Source of the DNA: Paraglomus brasilianum | Lineage: Eukaryota | NCBI GenBank assembly: GCA_910592345.1 | Contig: CAJVPI010000072.1 | Location: 1 to 60,919, forward strand | Length of the DNA: 60,919 bases | Direction: 5' to 3' | In this document: one piece after another, positions 24,600 to 39,935 of the stretch | How positions within the stretch are numbered: position 1 is the stretch's first letter | How the letters are laid out: each line of letters starts with the position of its first letter | The notes under the pieces: generated by a model | Database searches by the model: none | Seen by the model: only the letters and a program-made list of their open reading frames with translations | What the model was told of the DNA's origin: nothing | Translations under genes and position numbers: made by a program

Positions 24600-26036
24600 C
24601 TATTATCAGTAGGGTCATCCCCTCTCTCTCGCTTGGATGATACGCAATATAATACCAAGCATAGATTTTACAGAATATTCGGCAAAGATGTCCTCAAATT
24701 TTTTACGGTAATTACGTCGAATGCCGGCCATCGCTTCACTGACCGCTCTCTGTATTTCACGTGGCTTCTTTTGCTCCACCTTTATGGTAGACAACCTCTT
24801 TCTTTTGTCGAGCAAGCAAGTCCATGAATTCGTCATATCGATTGTAATCATGTAAGTAATTAATATTACATTCCAACATATAAAGTACATCATCAAAGTC
24901 CAGCATTGACCTATCAACATATTTTTTCAGGTTGCTTCCATCAACCATCGTTATGTGTTGGGAAAACATGGTATCCCTTGATACAAGATTGCTTGTTGAC
25001 TACTCCATGCCGTCAAGAGTGAACGTAATCCTGTACGCATACCATCTTCCAAGCTCTTCGCCTGTCGTGCTTGGATATGAAGCCATCGTCGGCTGTTGCA
25101 TTTCTTCGTCCTAGGTTTCCCTACCCGGAGGACCATCAAATTCCATTCAAATTGATTTCTCATCTCAAGTTTCTCGTTCAGGCAGGATGGTTTTTGGTTC
25201 GTATTGTAGTTACCGCACGCGATTGATTGTTCCGTGTATCGAGTTCTGTACAGAACCCACCCTCGACGCGCCGTTGAATAAGTTTCCAATCGGAACCTAT
25301 ACGCCTCCGTTCCCTTTAGTGACACTAAATTCAATCTCAAAACTGCGTCTTACGCAATTCAGCTTAAACTTTACGTCATATTCCGTTTTCCACTCTCTAG
25401 AAAAGGTGTCCTCTTTAATGAATACACCCGTTTCCAGTGACTTTGCCGATAAGAAATCTTGATTTCTGCGTTGCTTGAGAAGTTTGGCTGGTCTTGTTCA
25501 TGTCTTGGGGGGGGGGGGTATAATCTCTATTCGCAATTGCTTGCCGTGAAATCTTGGATGCTGTTTCCAAAAATCCGTTTCTGGTGCGGGCCTTTAGTAA
25601 CGAGAAAAACAGTATAAATTATATTGCTATTCATATCATTGTTACTCAAACATACGTATTTAATTAACACGAAACTTACCTGTAAACAAGATATACTGTC
25701 CCAGCGAAGATAGTGTCTAATTCTCTCGTGTCCATGATGATTTTATCCAAATGACCGTAACCGGAGAAAATTTCTTAATTCAGCCAAACTAGCGTTGGGC
25801 TGCAAGTTGCTTACTTTTAGGTCTAGCCGCTGGCCTCTTCCGCAACCACAGCCATTACTATATCCGTTATATCCGTTATATCCGTTATATCCGCGACTGC
25901 TATCGTATCCACCGCGACCACTATCATATCCATTACCGCGTCGGGGTAATATAGTGTGTTTTTAATTGGTGTCGTCCTTGAGGTTTCGAGTCCTTTATTG
26001 GTCATACATGGGTGGTGGTGGTCTCAGTGAATTCAT
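24600..26036 (-). pseudogene. RNA-dependent RNA polymerase (cellular RNAi type) with the catalytic domain deleted
   Basis: In order: a G/Y/N-rich N-terminus; RRM-like LDLKVSNLQPNASLAELRNF / GYGHLDKIIMDT..FAGTVYLVY|RPAPETDFWKQHPRFHGKQLRI (intron 25592-25679); AKSLETGVFIKEDTFSREWKTEYDVKFKLN; YVDRSMLDFDDVLYMLECNINYLHDYN..EFMDLL; then directly the C-terminal KKPREIQRAVSEAMAGIRRNYRKKFE / KIYAWYYIAYHP. No GxDxDGD motif seen. Confidence 0.8.
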
Positions 26037-26453
26037 ATGAGTCGTTTGGGGCGAGGCGTTTACAAAATTTTTCAAAAATCAGACATATATATCCCGTTCC
26101 CCCCCTGCTGTAGCCGCTCCCCCTGCTGTAGCCGTTCCCCTATTACAGTTGCTCAGTGCAAAGGCGCTAACACGGCTGGGAAAATCACAAGACGGTTTGG
26201 TTTGAAGTAAAACTTAGAATGTATCGACAATGTTTTTTGGAACAGCTTAGAGTGCGATAATTTGGTCTTCCTAGCCACATATTAATAGGGATGGGGTGGT
26301 GGAACCACGGATTTCCAAATAAAGAATCCCAAAAAAGTTTGCGCTCGCTAACTATAATAATAATATAACATTCTTTATTGTTAACCATTGCTGAGTTTTC
26401 GAGGTCTTTATTTAGGCGCACATGGGGTGACCCCAATCACCATTGCTGAGGAT

Positions 26454-26541
26454 GGCTAAAGCGGACCTGATTCTTGCAATTACATTGGTCAAATTTGCAT
26501 ATCAACCAACGAAATTGTAAAAAAACTACTCCGCTTTAGCC
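26454..26541. mobile_element. Possible 88-bp MITE with a perfect 12-bp inverted repeat
   Basis: ggctaaagcgga at 26454-26465 and tccgctttagcc at 26530-26541. No clear target-site duplication. Confidence 0.35.
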
Positions 26542-27724
26542 TACCCCCAATTGCTCTATACGTAATGTTATCAACTGATTATTAGAACAGAAAGATTATC
26601 ACAGATGCACTAATCTGATATCTCTCATGTGAATCAAGAAATCTAGACCTGCTATTACACCTCCCAGAATAGGATATGGCTTTCATGCTGAATTCCTTCG
26701 TTTGAAGGCACAAACATATGGTTGGGGTCTCATAACAAGTTTTGGTAAAGGGACAAAGAAACTATTTGGGAAAATCAGTCATGTTCGTTCCACCTTGATT
26801 GTATTACATACCAATCAAGTTTATAATTATGATGATTTTGGTGTTATAGATAAAGACTTTTTCGGATTCATTCGTTACGCCCTAATGCATGTATGATGAG
26901 ACAACTAGTGACAAGACGTGTGGATCCCATCCATTACGACAACAACAATCTACGATCATTGAGAAGGTGTTACCCATGGGAGATTTTCCGAAACCAACTT
27001 AATGGCTATGATGATGTGTCAATAGTTTCAGGTATGTCGCGTATATGCAATTTCAGATCAGGAAAGATTTGTCTGCAAGAATCCACGATTCACGGTATGT
27101 ATACCGAACTTTAATGCTGACGCCCACAATGCTGAGAATGCAATTGGCCTTGGAGAAGATGGCTTTGTTGTAAAAATTACTATCTGGCCGGTATATGGAC
27201 AGGTTATGTGGTTGTCTAAAAAGGACTTTGAAGACTAATATGTGTTAGCCCTTGATTTTTGACATTGGTGGGTGACATGAGGTAGCAAAGATCAATGATA
27301 TTGCTAATCAGAGTGCACGTTATTGTGATACTCCACGCTTAGGCATTATGAGAATACTTTAAAATTTGAACATTTGAAATAGAAAATAGTAATGCTAATG
27401 GCAATAGCAGTGGCATCACTGGTAACTAACACATGCACTTCTATAATATACAGGGTAACATTCATAAGTTATATTTTACTTCCAATGCCAATCCTATAAA
27501 TAAAATTGTAGAATCATAGAACTTATAATAATAATATTATTAGACACATTATTACATGTCACGCACATTGACGAATCTGTTGCGATCCTCATAAATAAAC
27601 AACTCTATCCCGGTCGTTGAGGAAAAGTCCATCGATTAATTTGTAAAGTTAGTCTGTGAACGCGTGTTACTTTCTTGTGGCAAAGCGTGCGATACGTTCC
27701 TGACCAGCTGTATGGAACAATTAC

Positions 27725-27786
27725 CTATATTCGTATTCTCGGTTACTTTGCGACAATTGTCGAAGAAGAGTCCATCACCTAATAGC
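27725..27786 (-). pseudogene. Possible short fragment of an NAD-dependent isocitrate dehydrogenase subunit gene
   Basis: LGDGLFFDNCRKVTE resembles the IDH motif KLxDGLFLxxCRxVAEEY and is followed by a gtaatt donor-like site. The match is very short. Confidence 0.3.
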
Positions 27787-30700
27787 GTGTTACTACTATC
27801 TCTGGATACCTTGTAGAGATTCCATTAATTGTCATGCTTATTCACTTTTAAAAGATGTCACGCTCGAATACTACGTGAAGCTATCAAACAATTACACATT
27901 CGAGCAAGATAAACAGGATTCTCGAGACATGGCAATCGCAAAGGACACGTATACAATCATTGAAGACTGAAGGACGTAGTTTCCTTATAATGTGCTACTA
28001 TTAACAAAAATTCTCAGAGTCACAGTCAGCGTGTTATCACGAATACTCAAATGGATAAAACGCGTGATCTAATGTACAGTTCTCCAATACAATACACACA
28101 TGCTTATCAAATATTATTGAAATATTGAAACTGCAAGGTGCTGTATATACTGTTGTTTGCAACCAGTGTGTCCTAAACGTTGTCTATTTCAAAGACAAGG
28201 AATTGGTTTGGTAATATTGTACGGTTTTAAAGTCCATTGCATTGGTATTAGTAAATAGTCTCAGGCGAAGCGTTTGTAGAAACAATAGATTTGATAAAAT
28301 AATAAGAGCTTATTATATTTCATTATGGCTGACACGTACATGAGTATCAAAGCTGTGATAAGATATGGATAAGATAATATATAAATTTGATACAAGAAAA
28401 GAAAATTGAACTTTTGGTTTAACACCTCGTGTATGCGATTTTTCAATACCGCGTAACGATTGACGACATAAATCGTAAGCGTTGCAGATTAATGTCGGTT
28501 ACATAATACTGCAGTTAGATCCAACTGGACCGTCATTTGAATTGGTTCCGTAGCTCTTCACCTCGGCAACAACAAGGGAAATTTTTATTGTAATGTTGAT
28601 AACTGAGTCCATTTGTTGGACAGTGTGGAACATGGTTCAGAAGATAAAGGTCCGATTGGTTTTGGTTTGAGTTTATGTCACTGGTTTTGTTAGTGTAGTG
28701 TGAAAGAGAATGCATTTTACACGCTAATGATAATCTTACCATTACTGGGCTTAATCAATAATTACCAATTTACTGTTGTATTCTAATTCACTAGACCCTG
28801 TTGAAACGATGCCAATGCAATGTATATTACCATCTGTTAATCATTGTGCAATAGGCCTTTAAACCCAGTCGTTAAAAATGCACAACGTTTACGGATCACC
28901 AAAGGCAATTTCTCTTATTTGTTATTCGTTAAATGACCCATTTAATACATTTATACTAAAAAACAACAAAACCGCGGACACCAGAAGAAAAAAACCAAAA
29001 AAGATAAAAATAAAAAAGCCAAGCATTACTTCGTCGTCGTCGTCGTCGTCATCCGAATCGCTGATGTTTGATATTATATCGTCAGTGAGTAATGAGAATA
29101 ATGCTTTGCAAGTTAGTTTGACAGATAATGTCTCACCTAGACGAGTCGTCCTCACTGTCGGATAAAATAGACTCCAACTCCATCTCCAACTCCAATTGCC
29201 TAAAAAAACTATGGCTAATAAGAGTGAATAGGAGCGAAATTTTGTGATAACTTATACTGCATATACGAACCAACTACAATCAAGATCACACCCACCGCCG
29301 CCTTTCGGTGCCTTTATGGGTGACGGACCCCCTACGATGCGGTACAAAAGAAAGGCCAAAAATAACAACAACTGTCTAATCATCTTTGTTTTTTTATTTT
29401 ATTTTATTTTATTTTGGAGAGGGTATGTTCTTGGTAGTCAGAGACCCTTTTTTTTTGTATCGCTGCGTTTAAAACCTAGTTATTTATTACAAAAATAGCT
29501 TACTGCGGATATTCTACCAGTAGCTAGAAGGGGAAACTCATTTGCCAATGAATAAACAAATACGTGTTTGAAATTCAAAACTCCGTCGTTGTTAAAATAT
29601 ACAGTACTATAATACGAATGTATTAGTATGCTTAGATTCCGTTTTTGAGAACGACAAATAATAGCCTATGGCCGCCCCATTATTTGTCAATTATAATTAA
29701 GACAATGCATCTTGTAGATTACAAACTTCCATTTGAAAAAGCGACAAACAATAGCTTATGCAGAATGTAAGCCACCCATTATTCGTCAGTGCTGTAAGTT
29801 GAATAGCAAGCATGTGTGCATGATCAAGTGTAACCGTTATTTATGTTGATCATGACCATCTGTAAAGACTATACCTCCATGGCTAAGCCTCAACAAGATG
29901 CGATATGCCTATCAGCCAATCGTCATTGTGCATTGGTGTCTTTAACTGTCGTAAAAATAAAGCTCAGGATCTGTGCTACGGTGTTCTACGGTGGTGAGAC
30001 ATTCGAACACACAACTCTGTAAAATGGGCGTTAACATGTATGATGCAGAATGAAATAACAAGCCTAATTTGAAATGTTCTCTCTATGAGTAACCGGTTTT
30101 CTTGTATTCCATAGACAATAGCATATCCAACAGTTATTATCGATGGAAACATAGGGTAATAAGATTATTGAATATATTAATATGTGATAAACCCATTTTA
30201 TAATATTGTTTCACCATACATACGCAATTGTGATAACCTAGCGTGCGTCTTTTCGCTGAGCAAGGCGAGTGTTCGCTCTGAGGACATGTCACTGCTAAAT
30301 CACAGGTATGATTGTGCGGCCAGTGTTATCGAAACTAAATTTACGATAGAGTGTGAATCAAACATTTTAAACCAATATTCAAATGGATGGAATTCTGCAC
30401 CTAAACGATACTGCGTAGTTTATGCAATTATTCTAGAGAATTTGAGTATGATTACGTACCTGATACCGTCATCAACCTTCAAGTGATGATTGATAACGAT
30501 ACATCAATGCTGTCAAAATAGGACTAGTCTGTCTGCACGCTGACACAACGACTTGTCTAAACAAAGTATGAACGACGGACATTTGATCCGTAACTCGGTG
30601 CAACCTAGTGGTAGTGGTGGTAGTAGTAGTAGTAATAGTAGTAGTAGAACACAACTCGGTTAAAAATGAAAAACGGGTAACTGAGAGGGAGTTTATTTGT

Positions 30701-31404
30701 ACAATACTAAGGCATTCTTTTCAGGTTAAGCTGTATAAGGACCCACTGTTATAAAATATACAACGGAATTTATTTGTCATAGTTGATCTATTTACGTCTA
30801 TAATGCGAATAATTCATTGCGCTAATCTAATAATTTAATAGTATATTATACAACACGTCCAATGTATGTAATATGAAACCGGAAGGAAAGTGGCTCTTTA
30901 CTCCGAATGGGAATATGTTATTTTTAATAGTGTAAGGGAAGATGGTTCGATACACAAATTAAAGTGTATGTTGCATGCATGCGTGAACGGTTATGGTAAT
31001 TTTAAAGTCGCACAAAAGTCCATTAACAAGTACAAGACTCAATCGTGATATAGATTCATGGTTTGACCGTAGGACGCTTAATGTATGGTTTGGTAAGTAG
31101 CGAGATTAATGGTGGAATTGGAAAAGGTTATACTAAGTTAATCTGTAATGACGCGTATATTATTAACACTTCATATTAGTGAAGGAAGAGTGCCAACTTC
31201 ATAATCACAACTGTATGTTCTGTGACGCGAATTATATATCGTTGGGATATGCGGTTTGACAGCCATTAGTTATCAGGACTACTCATCGGCAGAGAAGGTT
31301 AGCTCACGGAATCGGAATAATGGCTTGAAGGTATATTTTACGGGCAATTTGCAGTCTATTGGATTAGTTGTCAACGATATTAATTGTCGCTTATCTTCGT
31401 CCTA

Positions 31405-31902
31405 TTGGCTCGGACCGCTTAGTCGCGACAACTTTGCAGACAAGCTTTAACTTGCAATTAACAGACAATGAGACAATTTTTTGTTAAAATTTGTGTCATT
31501 CAAGAGACTGAACGTCATATGAATGACTGAATTTGGCACCATAAACATGTGACATAAATCATGTAAAATTGCGCAATCACCAATAAGAATGCGTTTCCTC
31601 GCGATATAAAAAAACCCCCTGCGCATTCCGTGAAGCAAGTCTAACTGCTGTGATTATACTTGGTGAGGGTTACAAAAGATAGTACCAGAGGCGTTGGATC
31701 TAATTTCTTTAAAGCAAATTCGTGGTTATGCGCAAAAGTCTTTCCGATATATGGATGCATATAGAAAAGGACTTAATCCTTATAGGCAACATCGTGTTAT
31801 CCCCTTTCAGCAATTGTGATAAATTTACTATACCCCACGATCACATGATCACATGATCTATATGCAATCGTAAATTTGTCGCGACTAAGCCGTCTGAGCC
31901 AA
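31405..31902 (+). mobile_element. 498-bp non-autonomous Tc1/mariner-superfamily deletion derivative with intact TIRs and TA duplication
   Basis: TA|TTGGCTCGGACCGCTTAGTCGCGACAA ... TTGTCGCGACTAAGCCGTCTGAGCCAA|TA (27-bp TIR, 2 mismatches). The internal LQKIVPEALDLISLKQIRGYAQKSFRYMDAYRKGLN matches the C-terminus of fungal DDE transposases. Confidence 0.9.
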
Positions 31903-32639
31903 TATGACAGCTTTATTTCCCCATATTTATTCTCCTAGTATGTTGTCTATAAACATACCTTTGGCTATCTTCAGCTGCATAGGAATTTGGCGGATTCTTG
32001 GCCACTATATTCGGAACTGCTGCCATTGCCTCTATTATAACTATTAAAAGAAGACATAATGTGTATGTTTATTATTTATCGTTTGATATGCGTCTTACTC
32101 TTTGCTACAATCGATTTAACGCCTATTTCATTTTCCATAGTATTGCATTTATACAATACGTTTTACATTCTTGAGTTCACGTTGGGATTGATTACACTTT
32201 GGGGGCAGAGATGTTTCGAGTCTGTGGATGAGGGTTATCCAAAGATTTCTAAAGAGAGCGCATCGCATGTCGGATCGTCAATGATGGCATTAACCGTGTA
32301 AGTGAAGATGAGCATTACAAAGCGATTCGTTTAGATGTTATTCAATCTAACTATGGTTCAATGTTATACACAGATATAACCATGCTAGCTGCTAGGGAAT
32401 TCAGTGCTATACAGAATTGGATCCATAGTAAGAAAAGTAATTCGGGGTATTTCATGGTTTCCATCTTCATGTTATTCAAACTGATTTTTAATTGTTTGAT
32501 CTATTTTAGTAATTTCAAATCCTATGGGTTTGGACACATTATCTACATATCTTCGCAATCCTACTTTTCCTTATAACTAAATTACGACAAACGACATATG
32601 GCGGATTTATATCCAACTAGTTAAATATTCATTGCTTAG

Positions 32640-33930
32640 TTTTTGCCGGTCGATAAATGGATGATCGGGACGCTTTTCCATGGCTATCCGGCTAAAGCTA
32701 GCTGCTCCACCTCACCCCCACCGCAAGAAACCTGTAGGTGAAGCGAGAGAAGACGTGATAATGCCATCTTGCAAATAGAAACCCGTTGGTTTATCCGATG
32801 GCCATGGGTGAGGTGAACGAACAAGGGGTAAGTAGAAAACTCGTTGGAGTGTCTTTGGTGTTTCAATGAAATTATATATTAGAGCATTACAATCAATAAC
32901 TTTATCACTCATCACATTAATTTATTGTTGTTTTAATATTGCAGAGAACAACGTATTGGTTACGAGGTCAGATCGGTTATTTGGCTGACCGTGTGGGAGG
33001 ATGTCTACTATAATGGGAAGACATCTTTACACTCCTCGGAAACATCGGAAGTATCTCTTCACATTTTATAGTGCAGATGGATGTTGGACTGAGCTATTCA
33101 TGATAGCGTACGGAACGGCCATGACGGCCATGGTCCAGGCATGTTATATTTTCTTATAAGGCGGAAAATATTGCTATCGGTAGTTTAACACAAGAATTAT
33201 TAATCATTTATAACTATTCCCCTCAGTTGGCCAAATACAATCTAAAAGTGGTAGCAACGAATGCGCAGGCCTAGAACTTCGATGCATCTTCTTTACACCA
33301 ATAATTATGCGTCTTGAACTCGGATATGCTGTTAGAAATTAACAACTACCTACATGCTTAACTATCCGCCTGCAGAAGGACGGGATGGTCTCCGTGGACG
33401 ATGTATTACTCTTCACGTATTACAGTCTTGGCTTAACCATCTGAGTCGATAAACAGACGCGTGACTTTTGAGTAGGTAGTGGACGACAATTGATGCCGAT
33501 ACTCGTGCGGTATTAGACTGAGTTTGATGGCACGTTGGATATAGAACCGATGTCTTTCTATTACTGGATTTATATGGTAAATCAATTATTATCGAAGTAA
33601 CAGTTATATATTCAATGGAAATGGCGCATGGCTATGGATCGTTTTTGGAGCATTCAAGTCTGTCTAACAATACTAATTCGTTTTGCACCGAAATATTCTA
33701 TTTTAATTTTCATGCCCAGAACACACTTTTAAATACCAGGTTCCCCCCGATTAGAAAATGAGTTGGTTTACACGATGTGGTGTATGTCATACATCATATC
33801 CGAAATGGCTGTCTCGAGATATCAAAGGATTACCCAACAAGGACTGTCAGACACTATCGATATTTGACCTCCACATAACCATACCAGAATCACATATGGA
33901 GCTTACCGAGACCTGAAACTGATGCACCAA
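32640..33930 (+). pseudogene. Probable chitin/polysaccharide deacetylase (NodB/CE4) pseudogene, multi-exon and heavily decayed
   Basis: Ordered remnants after correcting frameshifts: GGC..EDIFT (CWWTCGGC..DIxxCP), GLSY (WGLxYDDGP), DTRAV..WHVGYRT (VRAIAxxxGxRT) and GSFLEH (GxIVLEH). The order matches Mucoromycota chitin deacetylases. Confidence 0.5.
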
Positions 33931-34520
33931 CAATAACGATCAGTTTATTAAGAACAATGTTACGAGCGCCAGTAAGAGTATCCGAAAATTGTCTAGCATA
34001 TTTGAATGATGGTATACGATTTTTTCGCGAAATATCTTCTCATCGTCATCACTGTTCAGACATAATTTTGACATCCTTTATTTTTAGCACATTCTCCAGT
34101 CATGAATTACTCATGTGTTGAAAACGTAATCTGGTATTGAATCAATGTAAGGCATCAACCATATCTAATTCACATAATATTGTAACTTCACAAGATGAAG
34201 GACTAACTTTATTGATTTATTCTGAATATCAGTCAGCGGCCGGAGTACAAAAGTGAGATGAATATCGAAACGTATGTATAAATACAGAAAAAAAACGTAA
34301 CGGTACACTATGCACCGTACATTTATGCAACTCGTGGTGAAACTGCTTTTGTTTTGAGAATCATACTGATAAACTTTTTTGCTTATCTACTCCAGTCTTG
34401 ATGCCGTGATGTTCCAATGATTGTTGCGGTATTGTTATTATTTGTATCAAAACGGGGCGAGCCTTTCCGTCGGGGAAGTTTAAACCTGTCATGCGAGTCA
34501 ATATATTCACAAGGAAACTA

Positions 34521-34665
34521 ATGACGCACGAATTCGATGAAGCCACCCAACTTACTCCCAGAAAATATCAACTCGAGTTATGTGAAAGAGCCAAGACAGA
34601 TAACATCATTGCCGTATTGGATACTGGCAGTGGGAAGACATTTGTTGCCGAATGCTTATTGAAGA
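34521..34665 (+). pseudogene. DCL: Dicer-like gene 5' fragment (helicase Q motif and Walker A only)
   Basis: [43 protein letters not shown] matches the Dicer N-terminus [28 protein letters not shown]. Homology ends immediately afterwards. Confidence 0.85.
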
Positions 34666-35078
34666 CACAGTTGCCGAGGAGAGAAGACCGAGAAAAAAAG
34701 ACGACTCCCTTGCTGCATGCTTAATGCTGATACGTTGGTTTATGGTTTGCAAGAGTTCGAAAGCATCGATTCTTGTCTAAAATGTTTACATGATTCCTTG
34801 TTATCAATAATGTGAGGTATACATTCTGCTATTATGTCTTTGACTGCATTCGTTGACCAATTGGTTGGATTATCTGTAAGTTCAAATATAAAGACACAGT
34901 TGCCGAGGAGAACGTGACGTATTGATATTGGAACGGAGTAGGTCCTGCCACATCAATCTTATTTAATGGAACGAACGACACGACTCCCTTGCTGCATGCT
35001 TAGAATTGTAATGCTGATACGTTAGTTTATAGTTTGCAAGAGTTCGAAAGCACCGATTCTTGTTTAAAAATGTTTACT
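34662..35078 (+). repeat. Imperfect local duplication at the Dicer truncation point
   Basis: aagacacagttgccgaggaga and cgactcccttgctgcatgctta...aatgctgatacgtt.gtttat.gtttgcaagagttcgaaagca.cgattcttgt.taaaa occur at ~34662-34790 and again at ~34891-35078. Confidence 0.85.
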
Positions 35079-35339
35079 ATTTACATGTCAATAAATTATA
35101 ATTATAATTAATATCGTAACTTAATTAATGATCATTTTATTGGTTGCACGTGATATATGTGTATTACTGTTGTTGGCTAAAAAAATTGTCTAATGTCTTT
35201 GCATTCATCAACTTCAAACTTCTAACAAAGGTGTTAATATTTCTTTCACGAACTATTATGAAATCCTTTATCCATCATCAACGATCAGGTACCTGTTAAT
35301 ATTAAACGAAGAAATGATAAGGACTATTAAACAAGCAAT

Positions 35340-35437
35340 TTTTGGCACCATGCCTCTTTATTTAGAACTGCCAGGCCAGAACTAGCGCATGCTTTCCAAT
35401 TTGGTATTGACTTTTTGAAGACCCCATGCTTGCTTCA
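35340..35437 (-). pseudogene. Short dispersed fragment homologous to a module junction of the tandem kinase gene
   Basis: Shares tttggtattgactttt(t)gaagaccccat with ~20146-20172 and ttggcacca..cctcttta with ~20012-20030. Translates to KKSIPNW..CASSGLAVLNKEAWCQK. Confidence 0.65.
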
Positions 35438-36069
35438 AGTGATCATAAAGGTACGCGCCCATCTACTCACTCCACCATCTATTCAATCCTCGAATATTGC
35501 TGAAGAAGAGATCAATCCATTTAATTCATTGAGAATGTTCAATTTATGCAGCAGCGGCTAAAGATATAGGAGAACTTGAATTAATGTCAAAGGGGCATGA
35601 ATGAAAGCCTTCCCACAATCTGGTCAAATCGGTAGAGTGATTGCAATATCTGATAGACGTATTGAAGATTTTAGCAGTCAATTGTCTTGTGGAGGACTCG
35701 AACCTCCGACCCGGATAGCGAGAAGAATGATGCTTCCGGCCTAGAAACAGAAACAAGACCGTGAAAAGATTCAAAGAAATCAGAAATGATAATTGAAGAG
35801 ATAGCCGCTGCTGCTCGCAATTTATTGGCTTGACTTGACAATTGGATCAGATGATTTGAGGAACGTAATTAACAGAATTGATGACCATTCTGACGAGCGC
35901 TTAATCTAGAAGGACGCTTATGGAAGTCGAGCAGTTTTTGGCTCCATTCAAATTAATTGACGCGCGAGTGGACGTTCCGAGATTTTAAAGCTCGACAAAT
36001 TGGCTGTTAAGAACATACTACTTGCGGAGAGAATTTCTCTTGTGATGGTTATCGTTCTGCACCAATGCA

Positions 36070-38890
<2,821 letters not shown>

Positions 38891-39039
38891 TCTTCTCGTA
38901 GACGTACCTGATGAATGCTTTGTAAATAAATATATGGAAACAGCTAGTCGACGTTCTTGATTAGGTCTTGTCAAAAAGGTACGTTATGCCAGTACTAAGG
39001 AGACAGAACAAAAATTAAATCTCCGCTTTCTAGTACACC

Positions 39040-39490
39040 ACCACAAGCAAGGAAGATCGAACGACACGACACGGATGATATGAAATTTCTTCTAACTTTA
39101 CAGTCCGATGTGTTCATACATGTGGGCAGCCAATGAGTGCCATTGGAAACGATTCGAAAGTCATCACTTGACAATTCGGACATTTCACGTCATCTCGTCC
39201 ATTATGGATAAAACCTTACCGAACCCAAACGCGCCGCTCGCGTGATATCTATCTAATTTTGACAATCACATTGTCATTTATAGTATGTCATCGAATAGCC
39301 AAGGTTGCTGCGCGAGACTATTACTGCTACATACGGAGTATTGCAAGACTATTAAAAGACTGTCTAATGAAGCCGGATCAGTCTCAACGCAAATCCGGAC
39401 ACCCACACAATGTCAGACAGTTTTGACAACGCATGCCCCCTCAGTTTCCATCTCATCCGCTTCAGCTTGGTCATCTTGCATTTCTCATAC
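39040..39490 (+). pseudogene. Possible BTB/BACK-domain protein remnant
   Basis: DDMKFLLTLQSDVFIHVGSQ (BTB start SDVxxxVG), AARDYY and FHLIRFSLV (BACK-like end) occur in order; weak. Confidence 0.35.
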
Positions 39491-39669
39491 CACCTCGCGC
39501 CCAAGCACATCGAATTCTCAAACTGGACCCGACCGGTCGCGTGGGAAGACAAGTTGATCCGTCCATTGGACGGCGAATGTTGTGTTCAGATGGTCGATGG
39601 ACAATCTTACGAATAATACCCTGTCAGAATTATCGACAACGGTTAGAAACAAACCAAGTTGGGATCGAG

Positions 39670-39935
39670 CCTTACTAGTATTGCGGATATGTTGAGTGTG
39701 GAAACGATGACTGAAATACGCTTATGCAAAGAACAGAGCGAAAGACAGGAATGAGAATGTATGCCAACAATGATACAATAATTTCAGGTTACAAAGCGGA
39801 CTATTATACTTACGTGTAGGACTCGGAGTGAGCGTGTGGGTTCATAATCATGGTAATGATGCCATAGTGATGGGTAAAAGATAAACAGGAAGCATACCAT
39901 GAATTGTCATGTATGAAAATATATACCAAAGATTT
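39670..39935 (-). repeat. Dispersed paralogous segment, copy 1 (partner at 57058-57350)
   Basis: Collinear shared words: gatatgttga, tgaaatacgc.tatgcaaa, caggttacaaagcgga, gaagcataccatgaattgtcatg.atgaa.atat.taccaaag. Confidence 0.8.
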
